Assembly: GCA_020184695.1 (NCBI GenBank)
Contig: JAANOX010000126.1
Coordinates: 124,001-188,000 of the forward strand
DNA length: 64,000 bases
Direction of reading: 5' to 3'
From: Histomonas meleagridis 2922-C6/04-290x
Taxonomy: Eukaryota; Protista; Parabasalia
In this document: positions 1-11,980 of the stretch, in pieces
Layout: each line of letters starts with the position of its first letter
Numbering within the stretch: the stretch's first letter is position 1
Program-made: the position numbers and the translations under genes
Notes under the pieces: generated by a model
The model's database searches: none
The model's input: the letters and a program-made list of their open reading frames with translations, nothing else
What the model was told of the DNA's origin: nothing

Positions 1-733
1 CTGTAACTAATTTCTTGAAGCTTTCAAGATAAGCCACAGGTTTTGGTGGAGAATCTTCTTCAATATTGGTTTCATCACCAGGTGGAGTATCTTTAATTTC
101 TTCATTAGGCTTTGGTTTATTGGTTTGAGTTTGAGCTGGGGTATCTTTAATTTCTTCATTAGGCTTTGGTTTATTGGTTTTATCACTTGGAAAATTATCT
201 TCTTGATCAAATGAAAATAATGATTTTTGAAAGGTTTCTTTCTTAATCATCCTAAGGCCATATGGATTAAGGGAGTCAGGTAGGACATGCTTATATTCAA
301 GTATATTTGTTGATTTTTGGCTTGTTTTATTTTCGATATTACGGACTTTTGAAATTTGGTCTTGATCATCTGGACTTTCATTGGATAAAATTTGGCTGTT
401 ACCTGATTGCTGAAATAGTTCTTTGTGATTGAAGATTTTATGATATATATCTTTTCCATTCGGATCATAAAGTCGAACGATATTATTTGAGACAACTTCT
501 TGATCCTTTTCGAAAATAAGTTGCTTTAGATTTAATATAATGTCAAATATTGTTTTGAATATACTTTCTTTTTTATCTTTACTTTCATCTGTTGTTTGAG
601 TTTGATTTGCATCATTCCTAGACTTTAATCCAGAAATAATTAACCTGACACCGAAAAATATCATTCCAATAGAGAGAAATGCAAGAAAAGTTAACAGGTC
701 TCCATCCATTAGATGGTCAAAAGTTGGAAACAT
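1..733 (-). CDS. Hypothetical N-terminally membrane-anchored protein, 3'-partial (runs off window start), with an 18-aa tandem repeat
   Basis: Hand translation from ATG at 733: MFPTFDHLMDGDLLTFLAFLSIGMIFFGVRLIISGL..., open to the window edge, so absent from the ORF track. Contains TNKPKPNEEIKDTP twice (54-nt period, ~80-185). Confidence 0.7.
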   Translation of the reverse strand, partial: MFPTFDHLMDGDLLTFLAFLSIGMIFFGVRLIISGLKSRNDANQTQTTDESKDKKESIFKTIFDIILNLKQLIFEKDQEVVSNNIVRLYDPNGKDIYHKIFNHKELFQQSGNSQILSNESPDDQDQISKVRNIENKTSQKSTNILEYKHVLPDSLNPYGLRMIKKETFQKSLFSFDQEDNFPSDKTNKPKPNEEIKDTPAQTQTNKPKPNEEIKDTPPGDETNIEEDSPPKPVAYLESFKKLVT

Positions 734-1179
734 GACCACAAAACAACCGTATTTCTTCCATTCAAATTATCAGAAAAAGTGAAACTACATTATTTTTTCT
801 TTGTGATTTATTGCAAGATTTAAGAATGATTAAAACTATTTCATTTAAACATTCTTAAATTAAGTATTGTTAAGTTCATGCATTTAATTATTTTTCATTT
901 ATTCATTCATTTAATTCGATTTTTTTGTTTGAAGAATGGGTCCCAATTTGACCTTGAAAAAATGGCGCCAAAAATAAACAATAATTATTTCAAAATACTA
1001 TCAATATCAACAATTTTATTTTGTATAATATATGTTAAAAATTGTATTTTTATTAAATATATTAGAATAATAATAGTTACTATATATTTATCAAGATATT
1101 ATAATTTTAATATTAAACGGTTAAATTAAATAGAATAAACTTTACAATAGTTGAAAGTTATATTCCGCGCCAAAAACAA

Positions 1180-1746
1180 ATGGATTTTAGTACTCTGGAC
1201 CAAGCCCGACATTGGGTCCGTCAAGGACATGAAGATGTAGATAATGCAAAAAGGCCACCAAATGCCTTTATTTTATATTCTCAAACAATGAGAACATCTG
1301 TTCGACAAGAAAATCCATCATTATCTAATATTGAAGTTTCACGAATTCTAGGAAAGATGTGGAAAGAGGTTCCTAGTGAAACAAAACTACAATATAAACA
1401 AAAGGCACAAGTTCTTCAGGAAGAATTCAAAAAAGACCATCCAAATTACACATACAGAAAAGCTAGAAGGAAGAAGGAATTAAATGAGTTACTCACAAAG
1501 AATGCTAGCTTTAACTCAATGGATCCTCCATTTGCTTATCCTCCAATGATGGCATATTATCAACAAAGCCAGCCAATGATGCAAATGCAAGGCTATCCAA
1601 TGCAAGGTCAGCAGATGCAGCAAATGCCACAAATTCCTCAGATGACTGATCAAAATGTTCCTCAACAACAGGCTCAAATGCAACAAAATCTACCATATCA
1701 AACACAAATGCAATATCCGCAGCAGAACATGTATGGTATGCAATAA
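1180..1746 (+). CDS. HMG-box (SOX/MATA-type) DNA-binding protein with Q/M/P-rich tail
   Basis: KRPPNAFILYS...ENPSLSNIEVSRILGKMWKE...KLQYKQKA...FKKDHPNYTY matches the HMG-box consensus. Confidence 0.92.
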   Translation: MDFSTLDQARHWVRQGHEDVDNAKRPPNAFILYSQTMRTSVRQENPSLSNIEVSRILGKMWKEVPSETKLQYKQKAQVLQEEFKKDHPNYTYRKARRKKELNELLTKNASFNSMDPPFAYPPMMAYYQQSQPMMQMQGYPMQGQQMQQMPQIPQMTDQNVPQQQAQMQQNLPYQTQMQYPQQNMYGMQ

Positions 1747-1872
1747 GATGCTGAAATTAATAAACAAAAATGAGATAAATGGTTTTTTCTTGTTATTGAA
1801 ACATTTACAATAAAACTTTTTGAATTTCGTACGTTAATTTGTAAAGTATTTAATTTCAATCTACTTTTCAAG

Positions 1873-4800
1873 ATGGAGGAATTTTTACTTCCTCCTTCCA
1901 TTAATGAAATCATAGATCGGCAATTCTACGTTGTTTTAACATATGACCTACAATATAAAAAATTATACAAAGTTACAAATCAAGTTGATTTTCTACTATC
2001 GAAATTTGGATTAAATTTTATATCATCTCTACTTTCATATTCATTTGATATTCTTTGTGGAAACATTCAAGCCAATGTCAGACCTAAAGATATCCGTGAT
2101 ATTATAGGATTTGTTGTATCAAGAAATCAAAATATTTTAGTTTTTTATACAGAAGTATCACGTTTTTTTGATTCTTTACCAACATTTCCAAAGAAGATTT
2201 TAGATTATTTATCATTTTATAATTCCTTTCCATTAGTTCTTGGAGGAATCCGATCAAAACATTCCGAAGAATCAATTAATTATCTTAAAAAAGAACTTAT
2301 ACCATTACTTCAAGATTTTTCAGACTTTCATATTCCCATTGCATTACGAATACTTTTTTTAGAGATTGGAATATCAATGAATAGTTTGCCAAAATCCTTA
2401 TTCGATACCGATGAAGAATATGAAAGTAATCAACAAACGATTAGTTTAGATATTGAATCTGATTTATATTCATTTTTTTCGGATTTTTCACCAAATGAAA
2501 TTTTGACTGAACATTTCATCAAATCTTTTTTTAAGTCATTTCCAAGTATTTCCTTTGGAGAATTTCTAATAGAACTTTCATCCCATGAGAAATATTTAAA
2601 TTATTTTTATCAAAACGAATGTTTTCCATTATTTAATACCATTTTAAGCTCATTAAACATTGAAACATTTATACAACAAATTGATATTCCACGATTAAAA
2701 ACATTAAATAATAAAGGAATACATTTTCTTTTTCGAATTATTTCTAATTTATTTGATAATCATGAAATTGATTCATCACAATTATTAACAAATTGGAAGA
2801 ACAAAGATTCGCAATTTAAATTTTTATCGATAATTCCCGAAATTAATTATTTAACATTTAAATTTAATGATTCTAAACAAACAGATTTATGTTTTGGTTC
2901 AAAAAGTTATTTAAAGTTTATCATAAATTATGATGAACCAAAAGAAATTATCAATTTTTTTGTAAGAAATAGTTCAATTAATTCATGTTTAACATTATAT
3001 ACGATATTACAAATCAAGAAAGATTGTAAAGATTTGTTTCCATTAATTTGTAATATATTATCAAATGATTTCTTTAAAACTGCATCCAAATCACAATATC
3101 TTGAAGAGATTTGGCGAATTGATTCGAAGGCAATTATAAATTTATGTCAAAACCATAATAACATTTATGAAATTTTTAATATAACACCACAAAAGTATCG
3201 AAATCTTTTATTTAACTCATCGAATATATCATTTTCGACTAAATTAGCTGTTTATGCATCATATTATAAAATTATCTCATTTTCGGATTTTATTAAGGAT
3301 AAATTAAAAAACATTGATATCATAACTGATACTTTAATAAATGAATTAAATAATATTTCGGATGAATCGATTAATGAGTTTTTAAAGTTTTCATATGAAT
3401 CTATTAATGAATTATCGACTTTATCACGTAAAAAAATTGTGAATTTTTATGAGAAAATTAAATCGACGCGTTTAAACATTACAACTAAATATGACTTTAT
3501 ACCGAAAATCATTAAATCTACAGAAGAATTAAAGTTTGAAGCTTCACGAAGATTCGAAAGTTATTTAAATAATGAAATAACAATTAATGAGTTATGTAAT
3601 ATAATACGTAAAATTCGTGACGAGAAATATGAATTATATGAATATATGATCATAGTATTAATTAATGATTTGACGTATTTAAAATTACATTCTGAAGAAG
3701 AATCAATAAAATTAATAAATTTAATATGTGAATTAATAAAATTTAAATTGTTAAAAGAAAAACAAATCGATTTAATATTCTCATTTATATATAAATCGAT
3801 TAATGATTTAAAGAAAAATAATCCAAACTTTATATATTCGATTAAAATATTACAAGTTATAATACCTAACTTACAAAATCATACATATTTCGGTTCTCTT
3901 TTGTTACAAAGTGATAATTTTAAGAAAGAATCCCCTATAACATATAAACAAATTGAAGAAAATATGAAAACTTTCACTTTTTTAGAATTTTCTGATTTTG
4001 TTTCTGAGTTAATTGTGCATAAACATTTAAATAAATTTCATAACATTAATATACCAACCATAAAAGAATTAACAAATATTAATGAGTTACTTAAGAATAA
4101 TTTAATAAATAATTTCATGAAATTATTTGATAAATATAAAGATACATATATTGAATATTTTTCGAATGTAATTATTAATTATTATTTAGAAAATCCAAAT
4201 AAAATATCATTAATATTAAACATAATTTATAAAATTAATAATAATAACTTCGAAACTAATATAATACAAAATTGTTGTTATAAATTTTATCTTTTTTTTA
4301 ATGATCCTAAATTCAAACAAGAAAATGGTCTAATGTTACGTCGCAAAGTCATTTTATTAGGTCGAATCATTGGCTTTTTAACATTATACATAAACAAGCC
4401 AAAAAATTTACGATATTTACAATTAAACAAATTAATAATATATTCATTATCAAATGGAAAATTATATGGAATTATACCATTTATTACATCGATATTCTTA
4501 CAAAGTAGTCCATATTTTTATCCACCGAATCCATATACTTCATCTATTTTATCTTTGTTGGGATCAATATATATTATCCCATATCTAAAAACATTCATAA
4601 AAAATAATATAAAATATTTGTTCGATCATTTCGGTGTTTCTTTAGAGAACATTCAAATGATTGATGGTTTATTTACTGATAAATTAAATGATAATTTCGA
4701 TTTTTATGTGCGTCCTTTTAATTTGTTTTATACTTTTACTGAGCCACAAATTAAACGAATTATTACATTCGATCAAAACCTTTACTTTTGTTTCATATCT

Positions 4801-7329
4801 TATTGTTTAAAGATTCCCGAAATTTTAAAATCTTCAAATTATATAACAATTAAAATGAAAATCATTTGGAATGTTTATAATTTGATTAAATCAGAATCTT
4901 TAAAAATCTCGAGAATTGTAATTTCAACAATTACTTATACATTGTTAAATGATTTAATGAATATAAATGAAAAAAATTGTATAATAGAAACAGCAAAACA
5001 ATTAACAAAACATTTGGCGAATTCTTTAGTATCACAAAAAATATTCTTTAATTATGAAAATTTATTTAAGAAATTATTAAATAAAATAGTTACAAACAAC
5101 AATGATCAAAAAATTATCGAAAAAATTATACAATTAAATGAATTATGGATTCATCAATTTTTAAGTAACGTGATAACCGCCCTATCGTTTTACGATATAA
5201 AAGAAAAAATTCAAAACGTTACATTGGACGATAATAGTAAACCTAACAATTATTACGTTAATATTATCAAAAATTCTTTAAATAGTCAATTAATGATGTT
5301 AACTACTTCACCAGAAAAATTTAAGTTTTCAAATTATAATGATTTTAAAATAAATAAAGAAATTGAAAAATATTGTGTTAATGTTGAAACAATTTGTAAT
5401 TATGAATATTCACATGGATATAAAACTATTAATGATTTAATATATATTTCACCATTAAATTATGTTATAAATGATGTTCCTATTTTTAATAAAAAGATAA
5501 ATGATGAAGAAGAAGTTAAATCTATTATTTGTACATATTTTATCTTTTATAAGAATTCTAAAATGTATTTATTTCATCAAATTTTAACATATTCACTTCT
5601 TAAATCATTAAAGAACAAATTCCAAATCACAACGAATTTACAAAATTTTTTCATTAATTATATAAAAATTAATACATTACCATCATTAGCATTAAATTGT
5701 TTAATATCTTTATCAATTATTAATGAGAAACAAATGAATGATATCTTTTTAAGTGTATTAAACAAAGGAAATTATTCATTAAATTATTTGGAATCGATAA
5801 TTAATTTCCTTAAATATTATTTAATTAAAGAAAATAATCAAATCGAAAACTTCATTGAACTTTTATTGTTTTGTTCATTTATATTACCACAAAACTCAAC
5901 GATTTTATATCTACAAAAATTATATTTCGAGTTTAATTATAAAAATATTAACACAACAAATAATAATAATTTAGTAAATAATAATATAAATAATGAACAA
6001 AAAAACGAAATTTTAAGAAATGATTATTTCACTTATATACAAAAATGGAAAAATTCTTTACGTTCGACAAATGAAACACAAATTTTAAATAACATTAAAA
6101 CTTTTGTTCGTTTTCCACGTGATTTTTATATATCGTTATTTGAAAATGAATTCATAAATATAATAAATAAGTTTTTTAAATGCATAAATAAAGTAATTGA
6201 CATCAAATTAATCGAAAATAACATTTTCTCCGCAATTTATTTGATGTTAACTAAAAAGAATTTAAATATTTACACAAAAATTTTTAATATAATTAAAATA
6301 CTTATGAAATATGAATTGAATTTCTCGGTTTTGTTTCATGAGTTAAAACCTTTGACATTCCCTTCATTTAGTTTTATTTGGATAACTTTGATAACTGATC
6401 AAAAATTTGTTTTTAATTTGTTACAATCTATGGATGGCTGGTCAAATTACTTACCTTTATTATGTGATTACTTAGAATTATTAGTTTATTTACAAAACAC
6501 TTTTCAACCAAAAATATTCTCTAAATGTTACAAGTCATTTCTAAGATTTTTATTAATTTTATTACATGATTTCCCTGATTTTGTTGCTGCTACTGCTTCA
6601 TTGCTGTCTATCGTCTTGACGCCAAATTTCATTCAAATTAAAAACGTTCTTTTCTCGGCCACCCCAAAATCGGTTTTGTCGGTTTCTTTATTAACACCTG
6701 ACTTAAAAATAGATCATTTACCTGATGTTAAACAATTTGCTTTTCAAATAAACACAATTGTATTACCAACAGAAATTGAAGAAAACTTAAAACATGTTAT
6801 TAATGTTAATTTGGATCTAGATATAATCCAAAGTTTGATTTGTTTCATAGAAAACGAGAATTCGTTTATTTCAATTTTGATAAACAGAGCTTTTGAATTA
6901 ACGTTCGAACAAAATTCAATGACCTCTCAAAAACCTGCGTTTGTAAGTTTGCCAATTTTTTACTTATGTTGTTATGTTGTGTGTAATTCTTCTTTAAATA
7001 CGACGGTTTTGTTTATTGAAGGTTTAGTAGATCAATTAAGATATCCGTCAAGAAATACACATTTCTTTTCAAAAGTTTTAATAGAATTATTAAAGGCTAA
7101 CTTGGCAGGAATTGATAATTTATCAATTTCTGAAATGATAACATTATCGTTGGTGAAAAGATTATCAGTGCCTTTGCCTCATCCTTGGGGTTTACAAGCT
7201 ACAATGATTGAGTTGTTTTCGAATAAGGAAATTGGTTTTTGGGATTTTCCTTTTGTAAATGGCAATCAAAAAGTGAAGCTCTTTTTGAGAGCTTTATCGG
7301 CGGTTTTGTCGCCGCAGCCGTTAAATTGA
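1873..7329 (+). CDS. CNOT1: CCR4-NOT complex subunit NOT1-like
   Basis: 1818-aa ORF with C-terminal NOT1 motifs QLRYPSRNTHFFS, PHPWGLQATMIELF and FLLILLHDFPDF. Confidence 0.88.
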   Translation: MEEFLLPPSINEIIDRQFYVVLTYDLQYKKLYKVTNQVDFLLSKFGLNFISSLLSYSFDILCGNIQANVRPKDIRDIIGFVVSRNQNILVFYTEVSRFFDSLPTFPKKILDYLSFYNSFPLVLGGIRSKHSEESINYLKKELIPLLQDFSDFHIPIALRILFLEIGISMNSLPKSLFDTDEEYESNQQTISLDIESDLYSFFSDFSPNEILTEHFIKSFFKSFPSISFGEFLIELSSHEKYLNYFYQNECFPLFNTILSSLNIETFIQQIDIPRLKTLNNKGIHFLFRIISNLFDNHEIDSSQLLTNWKNKDSQFKFLSIIPEINYLTFKFNDSKQTDLCFGSKSYLKFIINYDEPKEIINFFVRNSSINSCLTLYTILQIKKDCKDLFPLICNILSNDFFKTASKSQYLEEIWRIDSKAIINLCQNHNNIYEIFNITPQKYRNLLFNSSNISFSTKLAVYASYYKIISFSDFIKDKLKNIDIITDTLINELNNISDESINEFLKFSYESINELSTLSRKKIVNFYEKIKSTRLNITTKYDFIPKIIKSTEELKFEASRRFESYLNNEITINELCNIIRKIRDEKYELYEYMIIVLINDLTYLKLHSEEESIKLINLICELIKFKLLKEKQIDLIFSFIYKSINDLKKNNPNFIYSIKILQVIIPNLQNHTYFGSLLLQSDNFKKESPITYKQIEENMKTFTFLEFSDFVSELIVHKHLNKFHNINIPTIKELTNINELLKNNLINNFMKLFDKYKDTYIEYFSNVIINYYLENPNKISLILNIIYKINNNNFETNIIQNCCYKFYLFFNDPKFKQENGLMLRRKVILLGRIIGFLTLYINKPKNLRYLQLNKLIIYSLSNGKLYGIIPFITSIFLQSSPYFYPPNPYTSSILSLLGSIYIIPYLKTFIKNNIKYLFDHFGVSLENIQMIDGLFTDKLNDNFDFYVRPFNLFYTFTEPQIKRIITFDQNLYFCFISYCLKIPEILKSSNYITIKMKIIWNVYNLIKSESLKISRIVISTITYTLLNDLMNINEKNCIIETAKQLTKHLANSLVSQKIFFNYENLFKKLLNKIVTNNNDQKIIEKIIQLNELWIHQFLSNVITALSFYDIKEKIQNVTLDDNSKPNNYYVNIIKNSLNSQLMMLTTSPEKFKFSNYNDFKINKEIEKYCVNVETICNYEYSHGYKTINDLIYISPLNYVINDVPIFNKKINDEEEVKSIICTYFIFYKNSKMYLFHQILTYSLLKSLKNKFQITTNLQNFFINYIKINTLPSLALNCLISLSIINEKQMNDIFLSVLNKGNYSLNYLESIINFLKYYLIKENNQIENFIELLLFCSFILPQNSTILYLQKLYFEFNYKNINTTNNNNLVNNNINNEQKNEILRNDYFTYIQKWKNSLRSTNETQILNNIKTFVRFPRDFYISLFENEFINIINKFFKCINKVIDIKLIENNIFSAIYLMLTKKNLNIYTKIFNIIKILMKYELNFSVLFHELKPLTFPSFSFIWITLITDQKFVFNLLQSMDGWSNYLPLLCDYLELLVYLQNTFQPKIFSKCYKSFLRFLLILLHDFPDFVAATASLLSIVLTPNFIQIKNVLFSATPKSVLSVSLLTPDLKIDHLPDVKQFAFQINTIVLPTEIEENLKHVINVNLDLDIIQSLICFIENENSFISILINRAFELTFEQNSMTSQKPAFVSLPIFYLCCYVVCNSSLNTTVLFIEGLVDQLRYPSRNTHFFSKVLIELLKANLAGIDNLSISEMITLSLVKRLSVPLPHPWGLQATMIELFSNKEIGFWDFPFVNGNQKVKLFLRALSAVLSPQPLN

Positions 7330-7384
7330 ATAAATGTACGTTTAAATTTACGATTTCATAAATTTTAGATCTTTTTTTGGGCAA

Positions 7385-7936
7385 ATGAATATATTTCAAC
7401 AAGTTTTCGCTAAAGCAAACCTAAACGCAAATATGAAGAAGAACTCAGAAAATATTGATCTAAATTTATTGGATCAATCAAAATTATATGAGAAAGATCG
7501 ACCGAGGCCAATTTTAAAAAACAGCACTACAACAAAAAAAACAACACGAAAACCATTGGAAATCGAAAAAGGAAGAAATGTTGAAAAAACAACTTCAAAC
7601 ATTAGGATTAAAAAATCCACAACTCAAAATGATGATGAAAACAATGAAATTATAGAAAAACAAAAGAAGCTTGAACAGTTAAATATGAAATTACAACAAC
7701 TAGAAAATAATTTATCAAATCTAAAAATGCAAAATCAAAAACTAAAATCCAAAAACAAAGAATTAGAACAAACAATTAAAACTTCAGAAGAAAATTCAAT
7801 GAAAATTTGTCAAGATATTATTGATATCAAAGAATCATTTGATGAAGAAATTGATGAAAAAGTTGAAACATGGGAATTCCAGTTTTATGAACTTAAGTTT
7901 GAAATTGAAGAACGAAAAAAAAGCGTTCAACAGTAA
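7385..7936 (+). CDS. Hypothetical coiled-coil protein
   Basis: 183-aa ORF with heptad-rich K/E/Q/L segment. Confidence 0.7.
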   Translation: MNIFQQVFAKANLNANMKKNSENIDLNLLDQSKLYEKDRPRPILKNSTTTKKTTRKPLEIEKGRNVEKTTSNIRIKKSTTQNDDENNEIIEKQKKLEQLNMKLQQLENNLSNLKMQNQKLKSKNKELEQTIKTSEENSMKICQDIIDIKESFDEEIDEKVETWEFQFYELKFEIEERKKSVQQ

Positions 7937-8044
7937 ACATTTTGTTGGATTATTTTTGTTCAAACGATCAGTTTAATTGAATGTTTTACATTATCGAAAA
8001 TTTTTGGGAAACGGTTTTTTCTGAATTGCTAAAAGTGCCAATCT

Positions 8045-8659
8045 ATGAGGGTCGATGATATTGATCAGATAAAGGAAGTTAAACTTGTAATGCTTGGATC
8101 TACTACTGTCGGAAAAACATCCATCGTTACGCGCTTAACAAAAGGATTTTTCAATGGTGAATCAACATCAACAATTGGAACTGCATTCCTATCTAAAACT
8201 ATTCCTGTCGATGATATCCAAGTCAAAATTCAAATCTGGGATACAGGTGGTTCAGAGAGATATCGAGCAATGGCACCAATGTATTTCCAAAATGCAGATG
8301 CAGCTATAATCGTTTATGATATTACATCTGCTGAATCGTTTGCTGATGTTGAAACATGGCTAAAAGAATTACGTGATAAAGGACCTGAAAATATACTTAT
8401 TTGTTTAGCAGGAAATAAGTCTGATCTTTCTCAAATGCGTGCTATCACACAAGAAAACATGTGCAAATATGCGCAAGGTCACGGAATCCCTATTTTCAAG
8501 GAAACATCAGCACTTACAGGTGAAAATGTTGAAAGCCTATTTACTGAAATTGCCCGACAACTCTCTAAAGGAGTTCCAAACGAACCACAAATGCCCAAGT
8601 TAGAGCTTGCAGAAAAAAACAAAACACCTACTAAGGAGAAAACCTCCTGTTGTAATTGA
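8045..8659 (+). CDS. Rab GTPase (Rab5/21/22-like)
   Basis: GSTTVGKTS, TIG, WDTGGSERYRAMAPMY, GNKSD, ETSA; C-terminal CCN prenylation motif. Confidence 0.93.
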   Translation: MRVDDIDQIKEVKLVMLGSTTVGKTSIVTRLTKGFFNGESTSTIGTAFLSKTIPVDDIQVKIQIWDTGGSERYRAMAPMYFQNADAAIIVYDITSAESFADVETWLKELRDKGPENILICLAGNKSDLSQMRAITQENMCKYAQGHGIPIFKETSALTGENVESLFTEIARQLSKGVPNEPQMPKLELAEKNKTPTKEKTSCCN

Positions 8660-9208
8660 ACTGTTAATTCTAAATCAAGACAGTGATTTTTTATTTCTTC
8701 TTTTGCAACACAAAAACATTCATCAACAAATTTTGTTGAATAATCGCCTTAAGTTTCGGCGTTTTTGCTTTGACTGGTCAGCCATTTACGCATTCATTTT
8801 TCAATCGTAAGAAATATCGGTTTTTTGAACACTTTACATAACGTTCAGATGTGTAGGCCGTTTAATCAAAAAAAGTCTGTTTTAGACTAACTTTTGAGGG
8901 ACCGTTAATGTATATACAGATATAAACGGTCGTACTCAACAAATGGTAATTTACCACAAGGAAAATTCTTTAATTATTAAATCATAAAATAAAATATTAT
9001 TTTATCCACGGATTTTCACATGTGGCTTTAAGATATCATTTTTAAAAGATCTATTAAATCATCTTTTGAAATCAAAAAATGTTATAAAAAATAAAAGTTG
9101 TCAATTTACTTGAAATGCATTAACGATTACTGTGCAATCATTGTTGTTATCCATATAAAATATTTGAAAATTAAAAATAAAAAATAAGTTTAAAAAATGC
9201 ATATCATT

Positions 9209-9994
9209 TTAATAACTAGTGCTTTCTTTTTTGAGCCAATCACAATAGCAAAATATTGCGCCCATAATCATAACAAGGGTAAATAGTAAAACAACTACTG
9301 AACATACAATAGTTATTGTAAAAAGTTGATCTGCAGCATTTCCTTCTGCCTCTACATGACCTTCACCAAAACCATTTGATCTCCATTCCACAGTTCCTTT
9401 TTCTTGGAACTCAAAAACAATTGGTTGCTGTGAAAAAGAAAACCAACTTGTATTACCTCTAAGAGTCATGTTTGGCTTTGAAAATACTTTATCATAAACA
9501 ATTATTTCACTTTCATTTATTGTTTCTTTAAGTCTTATATCATAGTTATAACCAGGTAAAATAATTAGACATTCTTTATTTTGTTTAGGAGTCCAACTTC
9601 CTTTTCTTTTTGTACTAAAAGAAATTCCTCTGATACATGAAAATAATGGGATATTAATACCAGCTATAAACATGCTTTGATTTTCAGGTACATGTGTATA
9701 GACACTAACCACAGACTTTGTAAATTTTGCTATAGGTGTTTCCCTATTATCATAAATTGATAGATCAGGAATTAAATCATCAGAAAGCGTTCTTGCACTT
9801 GCATAAAGTCGTATGATTGTTCCATTACTTCTTAAAGGAGAAAGAATAAAAAATCTTTCACCTCCTTCCCATAAACCACAATAATCATTTTCTTTGTGAT
9901 TTTCATTAACTTGAAGTACTCCATGAAATCTATAGCGAGATATGGAATTACACAAAGAATTTTCAATTGAAAGATGAATTAAAAAAACAAGCAT
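9209..9994 (-). CDS. Hypothetical type I membrane protein
   Basis: Short hydrophobic N-terminus; C-terminal TM (LFTITIVCSVVVLLFTLVMIMGAIFCYC) and short tail. Confidence 0.75.
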   Translation of the reverse strand: MLVFLIHLSIENSLCNSISRYRFHGVLQVNENHKENDYCGLWEGGERFFILSPLRSNGTIIRLYASARTLSDDLIPDLSIYDNRETPIAKFTKSVVSVYTHVPENQSMFIAGINIPLFSCIRGISFSTKRKGSWTPKQNKECLIILPGYNYDIRLKETINESEIIVYDKVFSKPNMTLRGNTSWFSFSQQPIVFEFQEKGTVEWRSNGFGEGHVEAEGNAADQLFTITIVCSVVVLLFTLVMIMGAIFCYCDWLKKESTSY

Positions 9995-10710
9995 CTAATG
10001 GTTAATTAACTTTTTGCATTTAAGGAATTTAACTTTTCCTCATAAAAGCGATACCTTGATATGATTCTAACGAAAATATTTTATTGGTTAAAAACTATAA
10101 TGCAAACAATTTTATAATTCTTTTAATTGAAAGTCAAAGCACATTTGATTCAATGATTTGATAGTATAGTCAAGATACAAACAAAAAATTTTATCGCATT
10201 TAAAAAAATCAGTTAAATGTTGTAATTAATAAAACAATAAAGCGCATTAATATATATCCAAATTCTAGTATAATTTTTAAAGGCGTTTTAATTACATTCC
10301 TCAAATATGAGGTAATGTCTCGAAATGATACTATAAAAACTGCAAATGATATTAAAAGAATAAAAATATTTAAAATATAAATTTACATATTGGTAGTATT
10401 TCATCAATTTTTCCCTTCATTTTCCTTCATTTTCCTTCTTCTACATGAATACAAAAATACAGTCCCATAAAGATAAAAATATCCATTCGCTGATGGAACA
10501 TCCCTGTTAGCCTAAAAAAATACCTATGACATTAAAGTGCGAATTTTTGTATAAATAAAGAAAACACAGTAAAATATAAGATTCGATTATATGTAATGTA
10601 TTGAAATTGCCATGTAAACTCAGCAAAAAGTTATACTAAGTAAAGTTCACAAACTATTTTGGGTTAATTTCGTGTTTTAAAAAATCCATAGTTAGTATTA
10701 AAAAATGTTT

Positions 10711-11883
10711 TTATTCTACTTTGTCAATAGAGTTTGCCTCTTTCTCAAGCGCATTGATGAGAACCGTAATTTGCTTACTCATATCTTCCCAATTTTTCTC
10801 CTCAAACAAACGCGTAGGTGACTGATCCACCAAAAGCTTTTGCGACACCGAATCTATTTTGATTGATGCTACACCTGTAGAGTTTATATGAACAATTAGC
10901 TTCTTGAGATCAATTGTACTGATCTGAAGCTGGTCTGTAACTTCCTTGAAGCTAACCTCTGTTTTACCCTCGGCAAGGGTTATAAATGTGAGAACCATTA
11001 TCTTTGTCTTCATTTTAGATTGATCGAAATTATTATTGACGATAAAATCTTTGTTGGTTTCAACGAATTTGTTGTACTGTTGAACATTACCATCAACGAA
11101 AATTTGTAGTAACGCCTTTTGTTGTTCAGTAAGATAATTATATATTAACACGGTATCGCGCATAACTTCAAAAACAAAAAATGTTTCGTCACTGAGGACT
11201 ACATTGAAGGCTTTGGTGGCAACGTTTGCTAATGCATTGCTTTTGCTGCTATTTTTAAGAAGATATTTTCTGAATATTGGACTACGATAGAAATGAAGAA
11301 TAGAAATCACGCAAAGTGTATCAAATACGGGCACAGATTCGAAGAAGTCTACGCATGTATCAATGAAGAGTTCTCTTTTTTGTTTAATTGTGATTGTATT
11401 TTCGATATGACGAATCATGAATTGAAGAAGCCAATGAACAAATTCGGAGTTTTTTGAAAGGTTTGAACGAATAGCAAAAAGAAGAAGCATACGAAGTGCA
11501 TAAGCTTGTGCTTCAAGGTGATTTGTTAAAGAGCTCATCATGAAAGACATACACATAGCTCTTAAATTTGGGTGAGTGAATTCCTGTGATTTATCTTTTC
11601 TTTCTGTCAAAGCAGAAGCTATTTTACCCACAAGATTTGACCATTCTGATTCACTAACAGCATATTTCTCCGAAGATGTTGAAGAACTTTCGTACATATA
11701 ATCATAAGCTTGCCAAACAGGGCAAAACCATTGATAAAATTCCTTTGGATTTAACTTATCAATAAATTGCGGAATCTCCGATTGAAGTACAAAAGCGAGA
11801 TCTTTGATTGGCGTCTCTTCCATTCCACACTTTTTGCGCGCGGAGTTAATTTGTTCTTTAATGATTTCACTTTCGTCAGTCAT
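10711..11883 (-). CDS. PCI-domain protein (eIF3m-like)
   Basis: Likely ATG at 11883 (MTDESE). C-terminal winged-helix PCI pattern (MKTKIMVLTFITLAEGKTEVSFKEVTDQLQI...IVHINSTGVASIKIDSVSQKLLV). Confidence 0.7.
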   Translation of the reverse strand: MTDESEIIKEQINSARKKCGMEETPIKDLAFVLQSEIPQFIDKLNPKEFYQWFCPVWQAYDYMYESSSTSSEKYAVSESEWSNLVGKIASALTERKDKSQEFTHPNLRAMCMSFMMSSLTNHLEAQAYALRMLLLFAIRSNLSKNSEFVHWLLQFMIRHIENTITIKQKRELFIDTCVDFFESVPVFDTLCVISILHFYRSPIFRKYLLKNSSKSNALANVATKAFNVVLSDETFFVFEVMRDTVLIYNYLTEQQKALLQIFVDGNVQQYNKFVETNKDFIVNNNFDQSKMKTKIMVLTFITLAEGKTEVSFKEVTDQLQISTIDLKKLIVHINSTGVASIKIDSVSQKLLVDQSPTRLFEEKNWEDMSKQITVLINALEKEANSIDKVE

Positions 11884-11980
11884 TTTGAAATGGCTGTCAA
11901 AACCGTTTAATATTAAAAAACGTTTATGATATTGAAACATTTATTTTTTACAATGATATGAATAGAAAAAACATAGATCG